Shown piece by piece: positions 58,022 to 64,000 of a DNA stretch of 64,000 nucleotides (position 1 is its first letter; each line of letters begins with the position of its first letter). The notes beneath the pieces were generated by a model that saw only the letters and a list, made by a program, of their open reading frames with translations, made no database searches and was not told the DNA's origin. Source of the DNA: Actinomycetota bacterium. GTDB lineage: Bacteria > Actinomycetota > UBA4738. Made by a program: the position numbers and the translations under genes. The DNA is taken from the NCBI GenBank assembly GCA_036847185.1, contig DAIUAM010000001.1, positions 2,331 through 66,330 of the forward strand, given 5' to 3'.

Positions 58022-59157
58022 CGATCCTCCCCTCCCTCGTCCGGCGCTGTGGCACCGGTCCCCCCATGGCCGACATCGATGGATCGCGAATGCTGGCGAT
58101 CCCACGCCAGACGGACGCGTTTGCCCTGCGCCTCGAGCACCTGCATCGAGGACGTGGTGAGGTTCTGCTGAAGCACGACCAGCTGCCCGCCCGGGTCCAG
58201 CTCGACGACGTACCGCGTGGTCGCGCCCACGTAGACCACGTCGCGGACCCGCCCGGTGACCGACACCTCGTCCGTGCCCGTCGGGTCGTCGACCTCGCGA
58301 AGATGGATCTTCTCGGGCCGGATCGTGATCGGCCGGTCCGACCCGGTGATCCCCTTGGCCACCTCACCCGAAAGCGTGTTCGAGACGCCGACGAATCCGG
58401 CCACGAACGCGGACGACGGGTTCTCATAGACCTCCGCCGGGGTTCCGACCTGCTCGATGCGCCCGGCGTTCATCACCGCGAGCCGGTCGCTCATGGTGAG
58501 CGCCTCCTCCTGGTCGTGGGTGACGTAGACGAACGTCAGCTCCACGCGCTGCTGGATCTCCTTGAGCTCGATCTGCATCTCCTGGCGGAGCTTCAGGTCG
58601 AGCGCGCCGAGCGGTTCGTCGAGCAGCAGGACCGAGGGCTCGTTGACCAGCGCGCGGGCCAGGGCGACCCGCTGGCGCTGCCCTCCCGAGAGCGCGGCGG
58701 GCTTGCGTGCGTCCATGCCTTCGAGCTGCACCATGCGGAGCGCCTGTCGCGCCTTGTCGCGGCGCTCCCTGGCCGGCACGCCCTTGACCCGGAGGCCGTA
58801 TTCGACGTTCTCCCCGACCGTCATGTGCGGGAAGAGCGCGTAGTCCTGGAAGACCGTGTTCACGTCGCGCTCGTACGGCGCCAGCGACGTCACGTCGCGC
58901 CCGTCGAGCAGGACCTTACCTTCGGTGGGCAGCTCGAAGCCGGCGATCATCCGCAGGCAGGTGGTCTTGCCGGAGCCCGACGGACCGAGCATCGAGAAGA
59001 ACTCGCCCTTGCGGACGTCCAGGGTCACCCCGTCGACCGCGGTGACGTCACCGAAGCGCTTCCGCACGTCCTCCAGCCGGACGGCAGTCCCCAGGCTGTC
59101 ACCGTCACTCACAGGCGACCCGGCCTGGGCGAGCGGACCTGCTGCGGTGTGCGACAT
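58018..59157 (-). CDS. ABC ATPase (PotA/YdcT-like)
   Basis: GPSGSGKTT, VFQDYALFPH, LSGGQRQR, LLDEPL. Confidence 0.92.
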   Translation of the reverse strand: MSHTAAGPLAQAGSPVSDGDSLGTAVRLEDVRKRFGDVTAVDGVTLDVRKGEFFSMLGPSGSGKTTCLRMIAGFELPTEGKVLLDGRDVTSLAPYERDVNTVFQDYALFPHMTVGENVEYGLRVKGVPARERRDKARQALRMVQLEGMDARKPAALSGGQRQRVALARALVNEPSVLLLDEPLGALDLKLRQEMQIELKEIQQRVELTFVYVTHDQEEALTMSDRLAVMNAGRIEQVGTPAEVYENPSSAFVAGFVGVSNTLSGEVAKGITGSDRPITIRPEKIHLREVDDPTGTDEVSVTGRVRDVVYVGATTRYVVELDPGGQLVVLQQNLTTSSMQVLEAQGKRVRLAWDRQHSRSIDVGHGGTGATAPDEGGEDR

Positions 59158-59301
59158 AGCTCCTTCGATCGGGACGCGGAACGGCCGTTCAAGGCGGGAC
59201 CGTAGCCTGCCGGTGGCGAGCGATGCAAGCGGCGATACGTCCAAACGAGATGCGGGAGGTTCGCCGAATCGAATCCGGCCGGCCGCAGGCCGGCGGTGCG
59301 G

Positions 59302-59583
59302 TCAGTGAGCGCCGCGATGGTTCGGGATCGAACCCGCCGGACGGAGCACCAGCCGGTCGTGCGGCTCCTCGATGTCGACCAGACCCTCCAGCCCGGCCTG
59401 GACGTAGAGGGTCACCCCCGCCACGTCCACCTGCTGGTCGTCGAGCTCAGGACGGTCGGTCAGTCGCGCTTCGACCCCGGCCGGCGTTCCGGCCAGGCGG
59501 ATCTTCGCTTCCGGGTTGAACCGCCGAGCCGCCTCCTGCGACCGCCCGAGGATGTCCCGCGCCCAGTCCGTGAACTCGATCAT
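59302..59583 (-). CDS. Cysteine-less HesB/IscA-like small protein
   Basis: MIEFTDWARDIL...KIRL...DDQQVDVAGVTLYV layout resembles HesB; contains no Cys. Confidence 0.5.
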   Translation of the reverse strand: MIEFTDWARDILGRSQEAARRFNPEAKIRLAGTPAGVEARLTDRPELDDQQVDVAGVTLYVQAGLEGLVDIEEPHDRLVLRPAGSIPNHRGAH

Positions 59584-59595
59584 CGAGATTCGATG

Positions 59596-60780
59596 CTACG
59601 AGCTCGGGACGGACCCGAACGCCCTCGACCAGGCGGCGTAGTCCGTGCAGTCGGTTCGTCCGTCTCCGCAGTCGGTCGAGGGGGTCTTCCACAGATGGAG
59701 AGAAAGGAGGAGGCCGTCATTGCCGCACTCAGCGCCCTCACCGCTGCCGACCCCAACCAAGCGCTGGAGGTCTGGACACGCCCGCCCGTTCGCGGGCCAG
59801 CCCAACTGGTATGCGGCGATCTGGGCTTCGACCTGCGGGGCGGTGCTCCACTGGATCCAGTGGTACATGCAGATGGGGTGTGCAGCGTGAGCGGCCAGCA
59901 TCCAGGAATCGACCCAGCCAGTCATGCCCTCGATCGGGGTGCCGATCTGCAGCTTCGCCGAGCCGGCGAGCGATGCCGTGAGCGCGCGCCCGACCCCGAT
60001 AACCGCGTCTCCGCTCGCGAACAGCCCGGCCTCGTCCGGGACCGTCTGCCACCGCTTGCCCAGGATCGAGGTCTGCTGTCGGAGTAGGCCGACCGCCGCG
60101 TCAAGCTGCCCGGAGGTCAGCTCGTAGGGATCGGTGATCCCCAGGGAGGGCCGATGCGCCATGAGATACAGCGCGGCGTCCGCGATGAACACCGGCTGGC
60201 CGAATGCCGTGACCTTTCCCTGATACGCGGAACCCGCCACCCAGGTCGGGGTCCAGCTCAGCGGCGACGCGACCCGAGCCGGGTTGAACAGGAGATAGTT
60301 GGGACCGTACAGGAACGGCACGCCGTACAGCCGGCCACCTTCGGAATCGAACGACGGGTCCTGGAACGGCTGGAGCAGGTCCCTCCGTCCGGCCAGGAGC
60401 GAACTGTTCAGCGGGGCGACCACGCCTCGGTCGATCAGCCGTCCCACCGCGTCGCCGGACACGCTGCCCCCGTCGAACACGCTCCCGTTCCCCTGCCGGA
60501 GCAGACCCACCACCTCGTCCGAGGTGTTCGCGTACTTCACGGTGACCTGACAGCCGGTGGCCTTCTCGAAGGGATGCACCCAGTCGAACCGGGCATCGTT
60601 CGTCCCGTCCTCGGCGTAGCCGGCGTAGGCCACCAGGTTCAGCAGGCCCTCCCCGCGTCCGAGCTTCGCCAGCGCCACGGTGACGGGTCCGTTGTGGCCG
60701 CACGCCGAACCCACCACGGCAACGGCCGACAGCCACGCCACGAGCATCCGGTGGGGGCGACGACTGATGGGGCTGCGCAT
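59596..60780 (-). CDS. Second YdcS-like binding lipoprotein (orphan paralogue)
   Basis: VGSAC lipobox; YAEDG...DWVHPFEKATGC, FIADAALYL, LGITDPYELT, EGMTGWVDSWM, WKTP. Confidence 0.85.
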   Translation of the reverse strand: MRSPISRRPHRMLVAWLSAVAVVGSACGHNGPVTVALAKLGRGEGLLNLVAYAGYAEDGTNDARFDWVHPFEKATGCQVTVKYANTSDEVVGLLRQGNGSVFDGGSVSGDAVGRLIDRGVVAPLNSSLLAGRRDLLQPFQDPSFDSEGGRLYGVPFLYGPNYLLFNPARVASPLSWTPTWVAGSAYQGKVTAFGQPVFIADAALYLMAHRPSLGITDPYELTSGQLDAAVGLLRQQTSILGKRWQTVPDEAGLFASGDAVIGVGRALTASLAGSAKLQIGTPIEGMTGWVDSWMLAAHAAHPICMYHWIQWSTAPQVEAQIAAYQLGWPANGRACPDLQRLVGVGSGEGAECGNDGLLLSLHLWKTPSTDCGDGRTDCTDYAAWSRAFGSVPSS

Positions 60781-60967
60781 GGCGCCATTGTGACGGGGCC
60801 TCGAAGGGTTCGCCCCGCGAAGGCGTGGGCCGATACAACCGTTCGGTGGTTGCCGCTCTCTGGGCTGCGGTTCATACTCGCTCCGGTGCACGGCGGCCCG
60901 AGTGGTTCGCCGGTCGCCACCGAGACCCTGACGTGAGAGGACGCGTGATCTTCATGGGCGTGCCGTT

Positions 60968-62230
60968 ATGGCCTCTCGTACCCGGCGCCGCGCCCGGCGA
61001 CTCTTCGCCTACTGGCGCTCGGAGAAGCGCACCCTCCGTCAGGGGTACGTCGCCCTTCTGATCTCATCGGGCGGGGACCTCCTGGCCGGCCTGGCACTGG
61101 CTTCGATGTCGCACCGCCTGGAACAGCTTCCGGGGCTCATCGTCCTGATCCCCGCGGCGATCGGGATGCGCGGCAACATCTTCGGCGCGCTCGGGTCCCG
61201 GCTGGGGACGGGCATCCACGCCGGTCTGTTCCGCGCCTCTCGGCGGCGACAGGACTTCTTGCCCCAAAACGTCTACGCGGCCGTGGTGCTGACGCTGGCC
61301 ACCTCGGTGTTCCTGGGACTGGTGGCGCGGGCCGCCGTGCTGGCGTTCCGGCCTCCGGGCGCGACGCTCCATCAGGTCCTCTCGGTGTGGGACTTCCTGG
61401 TCATCTCGATCCTGGGCGGGCTGATCGGGTCGCTGGTCGTCGGGACGGCCACCGTGGCCATCTCGATCGGCTCGCAGCGACGGGGCTGGGACCTGGACTC
61501 GGTCTCCGCCCCGCTGGTGACCGCCATCGGAGACACGTGCACGCTGCCGGCGCTGTGGGCGGCATCGTTCCTCGTCCAGATCCGCTATCTGACGGTCACG
61601 GTCGCCGCCCTGGCAGGGGTGCTGTGCCTGCTCATCGCCATCCGGGGCATGTTGTCCGACCTGCCGCTCTCCCGCCGAATCATCCGAGAGTCGATGGCCG
61701 TCCTGTTCGTCGCCGGCTCGATCGACATCCTCGCCGGCACCGCCATCGAGTCGAAGGCACAGGGGGTCTTCTTCCGGTTCCCGGCCCTGCTCGTCCTGCT
61801 CCCCGCCTTCCTGGAGGACACCGGTGCGCTGGGCGGGATCCTCTCTTCGCGCCTGGCGTCGAAGCTGCATCTCGGCGTCCTGGATCCGAAGGCGTGGCCC
61901 GAACCACTGGCCTTTCTCGATGCGTCGCTCAACTTCCTGTTCGCGTTCAGCGTGTTCTCCCTGGTGGCGCTGTCGGCACAGGTCATCAGCATGGCCACCG
62001 GCCAGAACAGCCCGGGGGTCCTGGACATGGTGTCGGTAAGCATGTTCGCAGGCTTCCTGGCCACGATCGTGTCCTCGGCCATCGCGTACTACGGGGCCGT
62101 GGCGACCTTCCGGTTCGGGTGGGATCCGGACAATTTCGGCATCCCCCTGGTCACCAGCCTCATGGATCTGGCCGGTACCCTGTGTCTCATCCTCGGCGCT
62201 GTGGTATTCGTTGGGGTACTGCATGCCTGA
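60968..62230 (+). CDS. Divalent-cation transporter with duplicated MgtE/SLC41 membrane domain
   Basis: Two repeats: GMRGNIFGALGSRL / DTGALGGILSSRL and DLDSVSAPLVTAIGD / DPDNFGIPLVTSLMD; no CBS domains. Confidence 0.85.
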   Translation: MASRTRRRARRLFAYWRSEKRTLRQGYVALLISSGGDLLAGLALASMSHRLEQLPGLIVLIPAAIGMRGNIFGALGSRLGTGIHAGLFRASRRRQDFLPQNVYAAVVLTLATSVFLGLVARAAVLAFRPPGATLHQVLSVWDFLVISILGGLIGSLVVGTATVAISIGSQRRGWDLDSVSAPLVTAIGDTCTLPALWAASFLVQIRYLTVTVAALAGVLCLLIAIRGMLSDLPLSRRIIRESMAVLFVAGSIDILAGTAIESKAQGVFFRFPALLVLLPAFLEDTGALGGILSSRLASKLHLGVLDPKAWPEPLAFLDASLNFLFAFSVFSLVALSAQVISMATGQNSPGVLDMVSVSMFAGFLATIVSSAIAYYGAVATFRFGWDPDNFGIPLVTSLMDLAGTLCLILGAVVFVGVLHA

Positions 62231-63422
62231 CGACGATCAACCGAGGAACGTCAAGGAACTGCTCATCGAGGCGAAGGACGCCTCGGAGCTGATGATCGAC
62301 CTCGCCTACGCGGCCGTCTTCTTCAAGGACGAGGACATGGCCGAGGAGGTCGAGGTCCTCGAGGAGCGACTCGACGGCTACCTCCGGCGGCTGCGGGAGA
62401 TCTCGATGCTCGCGGCCCGCTCCCCCGAGGATGCCGAGGCGATGGCGAACGTCCTGCACCTGGCGGGAGCCATCGAGCAGATCGGACAGGCGGCCTCCGA
62501 CATCGGGCGGGTGATCACGGCGAAGCTGGGGATCCCCGACGTCCTCCGCCCCGACCTGCGGCACGCCGACGAGATCGTCGGACGCGTGCGGGTGCGAGAG
62601 GGCGCGCCGTGCGTGGGGCGCTCGCTGAAGGAGCTGCTGCTGCCGTCGGAGACCGGCATGTGGCTGATCGCCGTGCGGCGGGGCGACCAATGGGAGTTCG
62701 ACCCCCAGGCCGAGACCGTGCTCAACGAGGGCGACGTGCTCCTGTTCCAGGGGCCGGAGGAGGGCGTGAACCTGATCCGGGCGATAGCCGGGGCGCCGCC
62801 GCTGCCCGAGCCGCCGGAGACCGACACTCCCCCGCTGACCGAGCTCGACCGGGCGGTCGACATCCTGGTCGAGATGAAGAACTCGGCCGAGGTCGCCGTG
62901 GGACTGGCGTATTCGGCGCTGTTGTTCAAGGACCGTGCCCTCGCGGCTGAGGTGGCCACGCTGGAGGCGCGTTCGGACATCCTGCACGACGAGCTCGAGT
63001 CCTGGGTGTTGAAGTCGGCTCCTGAGGCTCGCAACACCGACGAGCTCCGCGGGCTCCTTCGGCTGGGATACGCCAGCGAGACGATCTTCGACGCTGCGCG
63101 GGACATGACGTGGCTGGTCGAGAACGGCGAGGAGCTCCACCCGGTGATCCAGATGGCGCTCGAGGAGTCCGAAGAGGTGGCCAGCCAAACGGTCGTCGAG
63201 CGCGGCTCGCGCGCCGAAGGCCGTTCGCTCAAGGAGCTCCAGCTCGAGACGGAGACCGGGATGTTCGTCCTGGCCGTCCAGCGCGGGCGACGATGGATCT
63301 ACCGGCCCCGCCCGGGGGTCGGGCTCGAGGCGGGGGACCGGGTCATCTCGATCGGACCCGAGGAGGGTGTGGCGGAGCTCGAGTCATTGACCCGAGCGCC
63401 CGCCACCGTGATGAGCGGCTGA
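62223..63422 (+). CDS. Tandem (PhoU-like + TrkA-C/RCK_C)x2 protein
   Basis: EAKDASELMIDLAYAAV / EMKNSAEVAVGLAYSAL helical repeats, each followed by GRSLKEL.L..ETGM..AV.RG...GD RCK_C repeats; overlaps the transporter stop. Confidence 0.85.
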   Translation: MPDDDQPRNVKELLIEAKDASELMIDLAYAAVFFKDEDMAEEVEVLEERLDGYLRRLREISMLAARSPEDAEAMANVLHLAGAIEQIGQAASDIGRVITAKLGIPDVLRPDLRHADEIVGRVRVREGAPCVGRSLKELLLPSETGMWLIAVRRGDQWEFDPQAETVLNEGDVLLFQGPEEGVNLIRAIAGAPPLPEPPETDTPPLTELDRAVDILVEMKNSAEVAVGLAYSALLFKDRALAAEVATLEARSDILHDELESWVLKSAPEARNTDELRGLLRLGYASETIFDAARDMTWLVENGEELHPVIQMALEESEEVASQTVVERGSRAEGRSLKELQLETETGMFVLAVQRGRRWIYRPRPGVGLEAGDRVISIGPEEGVAELESLTRAPATVMSG

Positions 63423-63443
63423 GACGGCCGAACCATCCGGACC

Positions 63444-64000
63444 TCAGCCGACCGGCTGGCGGACCGACGACGGGAGCGAGAACACCATGTGCTCCTCGAC
63501 CGTCCGGAGCTGTTCGACCTCCGTGGTGCCCAGCTCCTTCAGGTGGTCGATGACGCGTTCGACCAGCCATTCGGGCGCGGAAGCTCCACTGGTCACCCCG
63601 ATCGTCTCGGCGCCTGCCAGCCACTCGGGCCGGATCTCGGATTCGTCGTCGACGAGGTGGGCGCGACACCCCAGCGCCCGGGCCACCTCGACCAGCCGGC
63701 GCGAGTTCGAGGAGTTGTCCGAACCGATCACCAGAATCACATCGGACCGCCCGGCAAGCTCCTTCACCGCCTCCTGCCGGTTCTGTGTCGCGTAGCAGAT
63801 GTCGTCCCGCGGGGGGGCTTCGAGCAACGGGAAGCGCCGGCGGAGGACGTCGATGACCTCGTTCGTCTCGTCGACGGAGAGCGTGGTCTGGGAGAGGTAC
63901 ACCACCCGGGCTGGATCGGGGATCTCGACGGTTTCGGCTTCCTCAGGCGAGCCGACCAGGATCACGTGTCCGGGCGCCTCGCCGCTGGTCCCGACGACCT
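63444..64000 (-). CDS. ispH: 4-hydroxy-3-methylbut-2-enyl diphosphate reductase (5' part outside the window)
   Basis: YLSQTTLSVDET, DDICYATQNRQ, GSDNSSNSRRL, GVTSGASAPE. Confidence 0.95.
   Translation of the reverse strand, partial: VVGTSGEAPGHVILVGSPEEAETVEIPDPARVVYLSQTTLSVDETNEVIDVLRRRFPLLEAPPRDDICYATQNRQEAVKELAGRSDVILVIGSDNSSNSRRLVEVARALGCRAHLVDDESEIRPEWLAGAETIGVTSGASAPEWLVERVIDHLKELGTTEVEQLRTVEEHMVFSLPSSVRQPVG

Noticed and set aside
60781-60967. M-box or c-di-AMP riboswitch upstream of the MgtE-like gene
   Set aside because: No recognisable conserved motif of either family.
55-64000. Many long alternative-frame and antisense ORFs in the ORF track (e.g. 10564-14478 N-terminal part, 14304-16571, 21181-23286 extension)
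   Set aside because: Ala/Arg/Gly/Pro-rich shadow ORFs expected at high GC; they overlap well-supported genes and carry no family motifs.
1-64000. CRISPR arrays, tRNA/rRNA genes, IS elements, selenocysteine read-through
   Set aside because: No regularly spaced repeats, cloverleaf or T-loop signatures, transposase motifs, or in-frame TGA interrupting a recognised gene were found by eye.

Overview
High-GC (about 70%, by eye) bacterial chromosomal segment. It is most consistent with an Actinomycetota genome: F420-dependent PPOX and LLM enzymes, an FdxA 7Fe ferredoxin, a PucR regulator, and many apparently leaderless genes. It is gene-dense and metabolic; I found no rRNA, tRNA, CRISPR array, transposase or phage gene. 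Contents left to right: a membrane-anchored class III cyclase (partial); paaABCD without paaE; GNATs, an ALDH and a DinB-like protein; a dispersed hut cluster (hutI, hutH, hutU) with an OCD-like and an amidohydrolase gene; hom; a PAS kinase and a REC-EAL protein; cbs-DUF429-metB; Fe-S/F420 genes (ErpA-like, FrhB/FpoF-like, fdxA, LLM); a translationally coupled ADP-forming acyl-CoA synthetase / Kal-like ammonia-lyase / ureohydrolase operon; a roughly 19-kb polyamine/omega-amino-acid catabolic locus (two ABC importers, a third binding protein, gabT, patD, PucR, a GSA-like aminotransferase and a saccharopine-dehydrogenase-like enzyme) with a recurrent TTGTAC-N5-GTMCAA motif; a duplicated MgtE-membrane plus PhoU/TrkA-C pair; and partial ispH. 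The best candidate for an undescribed system is the acyl-CoA synthetase / Kal-like / ureohydrolase operon, a possible guanidino-acid or beta-amino-acid deamination route. All family calls come from motif recognition by eye, and no database searches were run.
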